Source: an uncultured bacterium
Lineage (GTDB): Bacteria > Hydrogenedentota > Hydrogenedentia > Hydrogenedentales > JAEUWI01
Assembly: GCA_963977445.1 (NCBI GenBank)
Contig: CAXBPH010000165.1
Span: forward strand, 1-15,342
Length of the DNA: 15,342 nucleotides
Direction of reading: 5' to 3'
Part shown: positions 1 through 7,547 of the stretch, in pieces
Numbering within the stretch: position 1 is the stretch's first letter
Layout of the letters: each line of letters begins with the position of its first letter
Notes under the pieces: model-generated
The model's database searches: none
Seen by the model: the letters and a program-made list of their open reading frames with translations, nothing else
Told to the model about the DNA's origin: nothing
Made by a program: the position numbers and the translations under genes

Positions 1-90
1 TTATGCCGGAGAAAAATATGAGCATACAAGACTCTTGCGGTTTTCGTCTACGACACCACGCCTGCTGTATGCGATTCTGGGTTAAAAAGT

Positions 91-126
91 AAACACGCCG
101 GTGAGTATCTCATCTCCGGCGTGTTT
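91..126 (-). terminator. Hairpin, probable intrinsic terminator of the SMI1/KNR4 gene (copy 1 of a repeated hairpin)
   Basis: Perfect 11-bp stem AAACACGCCGG/CCGGCGTGTTT with T-rich flanks on both strands, 25 nt past the stop at 152. The 28-bp core matches 1180-1207 at 27/28. Confidence 0.65.
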
Positions 127-151
127 TTCTTCGTGCGACTGTCACCTAGAG

Positions 152-826
152 TTAGTCTGCGGACTCCGACTCCATGAAATATTCGACCATGAAATTCAGC
201 TTATCCATCAACTCTGCCAACCATGCTGTCATGTTCTCACAAAGGCGAATGCGGCCGCCGATCTCGTGGTCAAAGATAAGGACTTCTCCATAGGTTGCGG
301 GCGTGAGATCGACGCAAGTGTGATTGCCAAAGCCATCTGCTGTAAATGGTAGCCAATAGGGATCCCAATGACCCTCTGGAAGACTGCCTTTCTCCATCAG
401 TCCATTCATACACTCTCGGTTGTCTTTCGTGGCCTGAAGTGACATAAGCGTTTCTTCTGAAAAAGGGTCAAAACCATCTTCAAAATGGTGTAACTGCCCA
501 CCTCGCCAAGCCAGCAGCAACTTGTACTCCTTGGGCAGAATCAGACCAGTTTCTTGCTCAAATTGATCGAACTCGGCTTGCTCAACAGGTTCGTTGAATT
601 CCGCCAACAGGTCTGGACGAACATCGACCAGCCAATTGTTCAAATCGCACAGCAAGTCGCTGAATTTCTTGTTCTTATATGAAAAGGTGTCCTTTCGCTC
701 CACCAGCCACCGGGCTTCCACCTTTTCTGCATATGGCTGTTTAAGCCGAAAGCATCGACTTAAGAGTGCGTCTTTGAGTTTCTCGTCCAAATTCGTGTCG
801 TTCCAATAATACTGAAAGCAATTCAT
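152..826 (-). CDS. SMI1/KNR4 (SUKH) family protein, 224 aa
   Basis: Motifs FEQETGLILPKEYKLLL..GGQ and WDPYWLPFTADGFGNHTCVDLTP..YGEVLIFDHE are typical of SMI1/KNR4. Start moved to ATG 826, which has AAAGGA upstream; the longer ORF crosses non-coding repeats. Confidence 0.85.
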   Translation of the reverse strand: MNCFQYYWNDTNLDEKLKDALLSRCFRLKQPYAEKVEARWLVERKDTFSYKNKKFSDLLCDLNNWLVDVRPDLLAEFNEPVEQAEFDQFEQETGLILPKEYKLLLAWRGGQLHHFEDGFDPFSEETLMSLQATKDNRECMNGLMEKGSLPEGHWDPYWLPFTADGFGNHTCVDLTPATYGEVLIFDHEIGGRIRLCENMTAWLAELMDKLNFMVEYFMESESAD

Positions 827-854
827 GGTTTTTCCTTTACACGGGGGGTTATAT

Positions 855-901
855 CCGTGTTCTGGAGGAATCGTGCCATGGGTTTTCCAGGGTGAAACGT
901 T
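855..901 (-). promoter_or_regulatory. Duplicated 47-bp upstream block, copy 1 (upstream of the SMI1 gene)
   Basis: 45/47 identical to 1494-1540 and about 29 nt upstream of ATG 826. Regulatory function is inferred from position only. Confidence 0.6.
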
Positions 902-1113
902 GCCAGGGATGTTTCCCATGTCTTTATTGGAGGAAATCGTTCGGAGTGGAAACAAAAGGGGCGTTCGCCGCCTGCGGCAGTAAGTAACGGCCTCGGCGTC
1001 CTGGCGGAACATACTGGGAGGGGGACGCTCAGAGCCGTGGCGCTGGAGCGGATTCACTGGCCGGTTCATAGCGAGAACGGTTGCCGACTCCACCGAAATA
1101 CGAATACCACCTT

Positions 1114-1163
1114 GGTTACGCGCGTAACCCGGCGTCCGAAAAGCCGGATATCCGGTTTTTCGG
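1114..1163. repeat. Two adjacent palindromes
   Basis: GGTTACGCGCGTAACC (1114-1129) is a perfect 16-bp palindrome. CCGAAAAGCCGGATATCCGGTTTTTCGG (1136-1163) is a 28-bp palindrome with one mismatched pair. Confidence 0.8.
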
Positions 1164-1176
1164 CCCCCAAATAGCG

Positions 1177-1210
1177 AATACGCCGGAGAGTATCTCATCT
1201 CCGGCGTATT
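1177..1210 (-). terminator. Hairpin, probable terminator or binding site downstream of the excisionase-like gene (copy 2)
   Basis: Perfect 13-bp stem AATACGCCGGAGA/TCTCCGGCGTATT with an 8-nt loop, 29 nt past the stop at 1240. The U-tract is weak. Confidence 0.55.
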
Positions 1211-1239
1211 GATCCGCTGTCATTGATGTTCGTCTGGCA

Positions 1240-1461
1240 CTACACGCCGTATCGATTTTCCAGCAGCCATGCGTCGAGGTCTTCCAAACGGTAACGTATG
1301 GTGCGACTGCCAGGTACGCGTACATAAGCGGGGCCTTTTGCGCCAGATTTTGTTCTCCCGTTCATCCTGCAGCGACGCAGAAAGCCTCGGGACATGCCAA
1401 TGTAGATTGCGGTTTCCTCTTCGTTGAGAACCGCAGGGGATAAGTGCTGTTTACTTTCCAT
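1240..1461 (-). CDS. AlpA/excisionase-like helix-turn-helix protein, 73 aa
   Basis: VLNEEETAIYIGMSRGFLRRCR...GPAYVRVPGSRTIRYRLEDLDAWL is the HTH_17/AlpA-like pattern. AGGAG lies upstream of ATG 1461 and the gene is near an integrase. Confidence 0.9.
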   Translation of the reverse strand: MESKQHLSPAVLNEEETAIYIGMSRGFLRRCRMNGRTKSGAKGPAYVRVPGSRTIRYRLEDLDAWLLENRYGV

Positions 1462-1493
1462 TTGGTTATTACTCCTGTTTACCGGGATTGCTC

Positions 1494-1540
1494 CCGTGTT
1501 CTGGAGTAATCTTGCCATGGGTTTTCCAGGGTGAAACGTT
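1494..1540 (-). promoter_or_regulatory. Duplicated 47-bp upstream block, copy 2 (upstream of the excisionase-like gene)
   Basis: 45/47 identical to 855-901. Overlaps the palindrome TGAAACGTTTCA (1532-1543) and is followed by the inverted repeat GTTTCC-cct-GGAAAC (1550-1564). Confidence 0.6.
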
Positions 1541-1572
1541 TCATGTGGCGTTTCCCCTGGAAACACCGGTGA

Positions 1573-2256
1573 TTACCCATTGAAGCCCAAACGACGCTGT
1601 TCCTCTTCATACTTTTTGTTGTCGAAGTTGATGATGTCCAGCGCTATGATCTTCACGTCACTAGGAAGAAAACGACGATCTCGTCCTGTTTTCCCGTTGG
1701 ACTTTATAGCACCGGCTTTTGCCTTCTTGTGCACGAGTGACTTAAAGTATCCAAGGGTCCTGCTGTAGTCGAGCCTGTCATATAGCCATTCGGCAGCTTG
1801 GATATTCGTCCACCATTCGTCGTACTCATTTGGTGTATTGGACTGCGGTTCCTCGAAACGTTGTGCCACCCCCAATTCGTAGGCCTTGTCCCAGCCCACC
1901 TCGGTCAGATCCCAACCGTTTTCCAACGCGTGACGAAGCAGATACTCAAGGGAGAAAATATCGGGTTGCTGCTTGGCCCATAGCGGTAGGTTGACGGTGA
2001 GGCCAGGCCGGGTGTATCGCCTTATCCACGCGTTTTGGATAGGTTTGAGCCCCTCGATGGATTTCCTATCAACGGAAGTTTCACTGTAGAGTGTGCCGCA
2101 GTGACCAGAAAGTGCTAGCTGTAGCCAATTCTGTGTGCCCCTTGTTGCCATGATGTCGTCATGTAGATTCTGTACGTCAACGGCATTCTCTTCTAGTTCA
2201 TCCTGGTATTGCTCTGTGATCGTATCAAACGACTCAATAACGTCCCTTTTAGACAT
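1573..2256 (-). CDS. Hypothetical protein, 227 aa, with a possible C-terminal MerR/excisionase-like winged HTH
   Basis: Long ORF with AAGGAG before ATG 2256. The C-terminus WWTNIQAAEWL...KSLVHKKAKAGAIKSNGKTGRDRRFLPSDV resembles a winged HTH. Confidence 0.75.
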   Translation of the reverse strand: MSKRDVIESFDTITEQYQDELEENAVDVQNLHDDIMATRGTQNWLQLALSGHCGTLYSETSVDRKSIEGLKPIQNAWIRRYTRPGLTVNLPLWAKQQPDIFSLEYLLRHALENGWDLTEVGWDKAYELGVAQRFEEPQSNTPNEYDEWWTNIQAAEWLYDRLDYSRTLGYFKSLVHKKAKAGAIKSNGKTGRDRRFLPSDVKIIALDIINFDNKKYEEEQRRLGFNG

Positions 2257-2782
2257 TATGTACTCCTTATTCACTATCTAGGAGCTCGAAGTCGGAAGAG
2301 ACAGGGGCAGGGCTGGCCCTAAAACGGAGACAGCGCCCACAATCAATCCGAAGTACATCGAGCGACGAATACTTGCACCTCTCCCGTAACGGAACACAAG
2401 TTCCGAACCGATTAGTATTACAAGCAGGCCGGTAAATTGACCGACCAGTCACTCCCATGACTTCGAAGCGATAGGCGCCGGAGTTGGGTGTATTAAAAGC
2501 AATGTTATTGAGATACGTGAATTTAAATGCGTGTACTAGTATGTTGTGTTAATGGGGCATGCTATTTGTAAGGCGTATCCTCCTTCGTTTTGCGAAGCGA
2601 CAATCCCTCGACCGGGATTAAAGTAAACAACGCTATGGGGTGGTTTATTCCAAGTTAATCCCCTGGGTTGCAGAAAGGTTCCCTGAATGCATAAGGACGG
2701 TCAATCAACATCGTGGTTTGGCCTGTCCCGTGGCCACAGCCGGAAGTGACTGTGGTACTGGGCAGTAAGAACCAAATCATCA

Positions 2783-4036
2783 TTAGCTTGCCCTTCGTTT
2801 CCTGCTCGGTGGCTTAGAATCATCGAGCAACGCGACGGCCGCTGCTGCATTTTTGGGGGCGAGGTGAGCGTAGCGCAGTGTGAGAGTCAGGTCTGCGTGG
2901 CCTAGCAATTCGCGAACAACATTAAGATCGGCACCCTGCTGGACAAGCATGGATGCAAAGTGGTGACGTGTATCGTGGAACCGAAAGTCCTCCAGTTTCG
3001 CGTCCGTCATAAGGGCCTTCCACGATTTTGTGATGTTGTCAAAGCGGCCACTAGTTTTTGGTGACACAAACACCAGTCCATCGCTCGCGGACTGTGCCCT
3101 CCATTTGAGGAGCAGATTCTTTGCCTTCTTGTTCAGTGGAATGTGGCGTGTTTTTCCCGACTTTGCCCCAGCGCCGCGCACGGTCAACACAGGGGACGTG
3201 CTCTCCAGATCGCAGTCCGACCATTCCAAATTAAACAATTCCCCACGCCGCATTCCTGTATTGAGCGCCAGCATCACTATGGGCTTCAGGAAGTCCGTAA
3301 AGGAGGCAGCTCGAAGGTCGATCATTTCCGGTTTTCGGCGCTCTCTCAACCACTCATTGTGACTGTCACGGTCCGCCCTCCTCTTCTCTTCCCGCTCGTC
3401 GAGCGCCTTGTATAGTCGCTTGACCTCGTCTGGCTTCAAGTACCTCGGCTTTGAACCTTTGTCTTCCTTGAGGCCCTTAATCTGGTCGCAGGGGTTCTTT
3501 TCGATCAGGCCGCTTGCGATAGCACGAGAAAAGACAGCCTGAAGAGCCGCAACGTCTCTATTCACCGTGCCAGAGCTCTTCCCATCTTTTATTCGACGAT
3601 TCCGGGCCAACATGATGGCGTCAACCGATATTTCGGACAGTGGTAGAGCCAACAGAGTCGAAAAGCTGTGACGAATGCGCGTAACTGATTCGTGATGCCA
3701 ATTGCATGTGGCTTGATCCTTGTAGCAATTAAGATACGAATCCAGGGAATCGCCCTTGCTCTTTTGCTTCCGTGCCATAGGGTCATCACCTCGGGTAGCA
3801 TCCGCCCAATGTAACCGTGCCGCTTCCCGCGCTTCTGCGACCCGAAGAGTCTGCGCGTTTCCAATCCTGAAGCTCCTGCGCTTTCCATCGGGGAGTTTGT
3901 ATCGAAGATAGAATGTCTTTACCCCCGTCGGCTGGATTCGCAGGCAGAGGCCCGGTAATTCTGTGTCTGCAACATCATAATATTTTGTTCGTGGAGCCAG
4001 GTTTTGAATGTACGTGTTCGTTAGTTTGGTTTTCAT
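2783..4036 (-). CDS. Tyrosine recombinase / phage-type integrase with an N-terminal arm-binding domain, about 417 aa
   Basis: Catalytic residues seen in TGMRRGE (R), AKSGK (K), FHDTRH (HxxR), LLGH (H) and TLRYAH (Y). The N-terminus DTELPGLCLRIQPTGVKTFYLRY is typical of arm-binding domains. Start placed at MKTKLT (ATG 4036); ATG 4108 is the alternative. Confidence 0.95.
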   Translation of the reverse strand: MKTKLTNTYIQNLAPRTKYYDVADTELPGLCLRIQPTGVKTFYLRYKLPDGKRRSFRIGNAQTLRVAEAREAARLHWADATRGDDPMARKQKSKGDSLDSYLNCYKDQATCNWHHESVTRIRHSFSTLLALPLSEISVDAIMLARNRRIKDGKSSGTVNRDVAALQAVFSRAIASGLIEKNPCDQIKGLKEDKGSKPRYLKPDEVKRLYKALDEREEKRRADRDSHNEWLRERRKPEMIDLRAASFTDFLKPIVMLALNTGMRRGELFNLEWSDCDLESTSPVLTVRGAGAKSGKTRHIPLNKKAKNLLLKWRAQSASDGLVFVSPKTSGRFDNITKSWKALMTDAKLEDFRFHDTRHHFASMLVQQGADLNVVRELLGHADLTLTLRYAHLAPKNAAAAVALLDDSKPPSRKRRAS

Positions 4037-4059
4037 ACTGTAATATGCCTTAATCTTTT

Positions 4060-4079
4060 CCGTTACCCGCCCGTTACCC
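4060..4079. promoter_or_regulatory. Tandem direct repeat CCGTTACCC x2, candidate integrase arm-type sites
   Basis: Copies at 4060-4068 and 4071-4079 (11-bp period) lie between the integrase start and the att core. Confidence 0.5.
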
Positions 4080-4216
4080 AAAAAATTGATACGGACGTAA
4101 ACAGCCATAAATGAGAATGTATAATCATATTATCATAACACCATGGTATAAAGCGAGTTATAGTCCATAGTTTGTGTTTTTTTGTTTAGTGTTGTTCCCC
4201 CTGTATTGGTCAAAAA

Positions 4217-4266
4217 TCGGAATCATAATCCGAGTGTCCGGGGTTCGAGTCCCTGCTCCGCTACCA
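4217..4266 (+). pseudogene. 3' fragment of a CAT-anticodon tRNA (probably elongator tRNA-Met), the att-site duplication
   Basis: Anticodon arm TCGGA-ATCATAA-TCCGA, variable loop GTGTC, T arm CGGGG-TTCGAGT-CCCTG, then CTCCGCT-A-CCA. No D arm or 5' acceptor strand upstream. Confidence 0.9.
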
Positions 4267-4276
4267 TTTACAGTAC

Positions 4277-4320
4277 AATCGCCCAGCAACTTACTTCACA
4301 AGTCGCTGGGCGATTTTTGT
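4277..4320 (+). terminator. Probable intrinsic terminator downstream of the tRNA 3' end
   Basis: Stem AATCGCCCAGCAACTT (4277-4292) / AAGTCGCTGGGCGATT (4300-4315) with one mismatch, running into a T-tract. Confidence 0.7.
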
Positions 4321-4327
4321 ATTTCCT

Positions 4328-4561
4328 GGGACTGCATCGGCCCGGCACGCTCGGTGAACAGCGGTACCACGTCATGGTGCCATCGTAATAGTTGATGAGG
4401 CGAAGACCATGGAGACCGCCGAGGCTGTCCCCCACAGGGCACTACCGGGGACTGCATCGGCCCAGCGCGCCCGGTGAACAACGCTACTACGTCATGGTGC
4501 CATCGTAGTGGTTGATGAAGCGAAGACCATGGAGACCGCCGAGGCTGTCCCCCAGAGGGCA
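4328..4561. repeat. Two tandem copies (120-bp period) of a REPIN/MITE-like module
   Basis: 4328-4441 and 4448-4561 differ at about 10 of 114 positions. Each has inverted ends GGGACTGCATCGGC...GCCGAGGCTGTCCC. Confidence 0.9.
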
Positions 4562-4587
4562 ATCCCAGGTCAGTCCCCGTCATCCGC

Positions 4588-5970
4588 TCAGTGGACCACG
4601 TCACGAACGGCGTCGAGGGTCAGTTCCGCCGGAGCCTGCGGCAGTTCCGCCCCAAGTTCGCTGGCCCACGTATTGACGGCATAGACCTGTTTGTCGTGTA
4701 CCCAGAAGGCAGCAAGAACGGGTCTCCTTCGGGTGTCTGTTTCGCAGGTGTCGAGGAGCACGGCGAAACCCCCATTCAATGGGCCTGCCGACAGTATTAT
4801 GGTGGTGGTATCGCCACAGGTCTTCCTTATGTCGATGGCACCTATGACCAGGTTCAGCGCCCGCTTTTCCTTCCGTGAGTTGCGGGAATCACAGCTACTC
4901 AACGGAGACCACGGCATGTCAGATCGGGACGCTTCGGTTTTAGCCGTGGGGATTATGATCAGGGTGCGCTCTTTGTATTGCGCTCCCTCGGAAAGCCCAA
5001 GGGGGTCTGCAGGGGCCACTCCGTCACTTCCAACGCTGAAGACCCCGTAGCTGCTTTCGCCTACCCGATAGCCCATAAGCGCGCCATTGAAGGGGTCGAT
5101 GGGTAAGGTATTCAGGTAGTGAGGCCACAGGGCATCCAGCGTTTCGGGCAGGGAACCCTGAACGCGAAGGTACCGTTCGATAGCAATAGCCGTGTGGGCA
5201 GAAATCAACTGGGCCTGGAGTTCTCCGTCCATTATATACAGGTAACCGAGTTGCGCCAGGGGATCATCTCCGGGCGAGAGCGATTCTTCAAAGAGCCAAA
5301 CCCGGGCCAGGGTGTCCGGGCGGAGGGCCGCTGCAACGGCGTCTTCCAATTTGGCCAATTGGGCGTCATTGAATAGCGGAGTCGCCAGGGTAGCCCGCAG
5401 GGCCTCGACGATTAACCCCTGACACGCAGAACGCGTCAATTGGATGATCGTGGTTGGCACGTCGGAAAGGTGGGCAAGAAACCCGAATCCCGCAGTCAAC
5501 ATGGTCACGGCACCGTCACTATCACCCTGCAGGGCACAAAGCACCGCTTCATTGACGAAAATGCGGGCGGCGTCACGAACATCGCCGGGAAAATCGGTAT
5601 TAATCGGGTCGAGTATCGCTGTTTTGTCCAAGGGGTAGTGAAAACAAGGGGCGCCACCGGCCTGCACCAAGAGCTTGCGCCGCTCCGATAAGGTGGAGGC
5701 TTTAAAGGCCTGAAGATAGACCTTGTGGGCGTTGTTGATGCCGGGGCCGCATTCTTTCCACGGCGCGAACGCGTCGCTATCCTTGGGGAAGCCCTTGGCG
5801 CGGAGAGCGTCCCGCTGGGCCGTGAAATTCTCCATAACATGGCTGACGACCGCCGGCGGATAGTCATCGAAGCGGGGTACCTTCCCATCACGGACAGCAA
5901 AGGCCTGAACGCAGGGGATTAGTGCGATGACAATGGACAAAAACGTGCGTAGCTTGGTAATCCCGGTCAT
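4588..5970 (-). CDS. Exported hypothetical protein, about 460 aa, with a pseudopilin (T2SS GspG-like) C-terminal-type segment
   Basis: Signal-peptide-like start (…LSIVIALIPCVQAFA) and GGAGG before ATG 5970. The segment AIAIERY…GSLPETLDAL.PHYL..LPIDPF.G…YGVFSVGSDG resembles the GspG-type globular motif. Confidence 0.75.
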   Translation of the reverse strand: MTGITKLRTFLSIVIALIPCVQAFAVRDGKVPRFDDYPPAVVSHVMENFTAQRDALRAKGFPKDSDAFAPWKECGPGINNAHKVYLQAFKASTLSERRKLLVQAGGAPCFHYPLDKTAILDPINTDFPGDVRDAARIFVNEAVLCALQGDSDGAVTMLTAGFGFLAHLSDVPTTIIQLTRSACQGLIVEALRATLATPLFNDAQLAKLEDAVAAALRPDTLARVWLFEESLSPGDDPLAQLGYLYIMDGELQAQLISAHTAIAIERYLRVQGSLPETLDALWPHYLNTLPIDPFNGALMGYRVGESSYGVFSVGSDGVAPADPLGLSEGAQYKERTLIIIPTAKTEASRSDMPWSPLSSCDSRNSRKEKRALNLVIGAIDIRKTCGDTTTIILSAGPLNGGFAVLLDTCETDTRRRPVLAAFWVHDKQVYAVNTWASELGAELPQAPAELTLDAVRDVVH

Positions 5971-6014
5971 TGGGTGCCTCCATGGATAATCTACATCCGG
6001 AGAGGACGCTTTAT

Positions 6015-7547
6015 TCAACTATTGGGGCGAGGTAGGTGGGTGATGACAGCCCGTGTTGTAATGGAAACGTTGAATTGGTCGGGTTGGGGAAGCTCCACAG
6101 AAACCTTCATACCGAGTAACTCGGAAAACGCAGCAACGACCGCGAAACCGACGCCGAGGTGAGATGAATCCGTCCGCGAACGATCTTTTCGCCAGAATGG
6201 CTCGAAGATATGCGTTAGGTCTTCGTTGGTCAATTCATCGTTCTGGTTGGAGATGCTCAGTAACGGCTGTTTCTCGCCGTCAGTTACTGTCACCGCGATT
6301 CGCCCGCCCGCTGGAGTGTAGGTCACTGCATTTGACAGGAGGTTGGACACAATGGCGGTCAGCAACGCGCGGTCCGTCTCTAGAATCGTCACCACAGGCA
6401 AAACAAAGTTCACGATTAGCTCTTTATTGTATGCCTCTTTTTCAAAAGCACGCCATGCTTCCTTAACTATCGCTACAACATCAGATTGGGAATAATCGAC
6501 ACGTTGCTGATCTGATTCACAACGCGCGAGAGCGAGGAGGGTCGTGCACAGACTTTCCATTTGTGTGGCAATGGCGAGGGCATCTTGAAAATAGAATGCC
6601 AATTCCTCCGGTTCAATTGGGTCACCCATTGAGCGTAAGCCAACCTCAGTCAGTGCTCTGAGCTCTGCAATTGGCGTACGCAATTCGTGCGCCACATCGG
6701 AAGTAAACCTGTTTTCCCGTCGAAAGGAGCTCTCCAGACGCTGGAGAAGCTCATTCAGTCGTTGGCTGATGGGTAGGAGTTCGACTGGAAGCGATTGTGT
6801 TGGAAAACGGTCAGACAGATTTCTGACATCGATAGCCTTCGCTTGCTGTGCCACCGCGTCCAAGGGCTGTAGTCCCCGACTAACGGTCCAACGTACCAGT
6901 ATCACGGTGCAAGTCACCAAGAGCGCGCCCACAAAAAGCAGGCCGGTCAGAAGGATTTCCAAGTCTCGATCTACGTTCTCCCGTGAACGCGCGATTACGA
7001 CGACTAGATGTTCCGCACGCAGCCCCTTCACTTCGTTCTTGCCAACTCCGTCTCCAGCGGTTTCGACACGCAGTTCGAACACCAGGGAAACGGCACGCCC
7101 TCTCCGTCCATCAGGAAGTATCAGGTCGAAAAATTGATGGTCTCCTCCCAGCGCACCGGGGATATGGAGGTCTGCGACTCCCAGGGAGGGAGACCTTGAA
7201 ATGACTTCGCCGTCTTCTTCCCAGACCTGGTAATACTCTGCATGCGGCGATGGTTGAAATTCAGCGAGTTTGGCTTCACTGAACTCAGAATCGAAGTCAC
7301 CGGTATCGGTTACGTGCTCGCCCGTTTCGGCGATGGTTGACGCCCTTTCGGGAAAACCATCTTCGTCTTCTTCATCCCCTTTCTCGCTCATTGCGGCAAA
7401 GGTGCGGGCGGTAACAAGGAGATTGTCGTCAAACCGCATCACTAGCGTATGGTGCACGTATAGATAAAGAACAGAGCCACAACTGACAAGGACTACGAAC
7501 TGGCCAATCAGCAGCGTGCTGGTCATCTGATTTCGGAGTGACTTCAT
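6015..7547 (-). CDS. Sensor histidine kinase (TM-sensor-TM-HAMP-HisKA-HATPase; CusS/QseC-like)
   Basis: Two transmembrane segments, H-box FTSDVAHELRTP, N-box NLLSNAVTY, F-box IFEPF and G2 HLGVGF. Start overlaps the regulator stop codon. Confidence 0.95.
   Translation of the reverse strand: MKSLRNQMTSTLLIGQFVVLVSCGSVLYLYVHHTLVMRFDDNLLVTARTFAAMSEKGDEEDEDGFPERASTIAETGEHVTDTGDFDSEFSEAKLAEFQPSPHAEYYQVWEEDGEVISRSPSLGVADLHIPGALGGDHQFFDLILPDGRRGRAVSLVFELRVETAGDGVGKNEVKGLRAEHLVVVIARSRENVDRDLEILLTGLLFVGALLVTCTVILVRWTVSRGLQPLDAVAQQAKAIDVRNLSDRFPTQSLPVELLPISQRLNELLQRLESSFRRENRFTSDVAHELRTPIAELRALTEVGLRSMGDPIEPEELAFYFQDALAIATQMESLCTTLLALARCESDQQRVDYSQSDVVAIVKEAWRAFEKEAYNKELIVNFVLPVVTILETDRALLTAIVSNLLSNAVTYTPAGGRIAVTVTDGEKQPLLSISNQNDELTNEDLTHIFEPFWRKDRSRTDSSHLGVGFAVVAAFSELLGMKVSVELPQPDQFNVSITTRAVITHLPRPNS

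Larger units (their letters stand above)
1..4266. mobile_element. Right end of a tRNA(CAT)-integrated element (genomic island / IME / phage-satellite-like); left end lies outside the window
   Basis: Tyrosine integrase next to a 3'-only tRNA fragment, plus an excisionase-like HTH gene and accessory cargo. No replication, capsid or conjugation genes are visible, so the class cannot be assigned. Confidence 0.85.

Noticed and set aside
827..1198. N-terminal 124 aa of the 348-aa ORF 152..1198
   Set aside because: It crosses the repeated upstream block and the palindromes and starts inside a hairpin; the RBS-supported start is at 826.
91..4036. Integron (integrase plus repeat-flanked genes)
   Set aside because: The integrase has a phage-type arm-binding N-terminus and no recognisable IntI insertion, and the hairpins lack attC RYYYAAC/GTTRRRY ends.
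4174..4604. Intact tRNA gene, and the short ORFs over this region
   Set aside because: The 5' acceptor strand and D arm are missing; the ORFs simply translate the tRNA fragment, terminator and 120-bp repeats.
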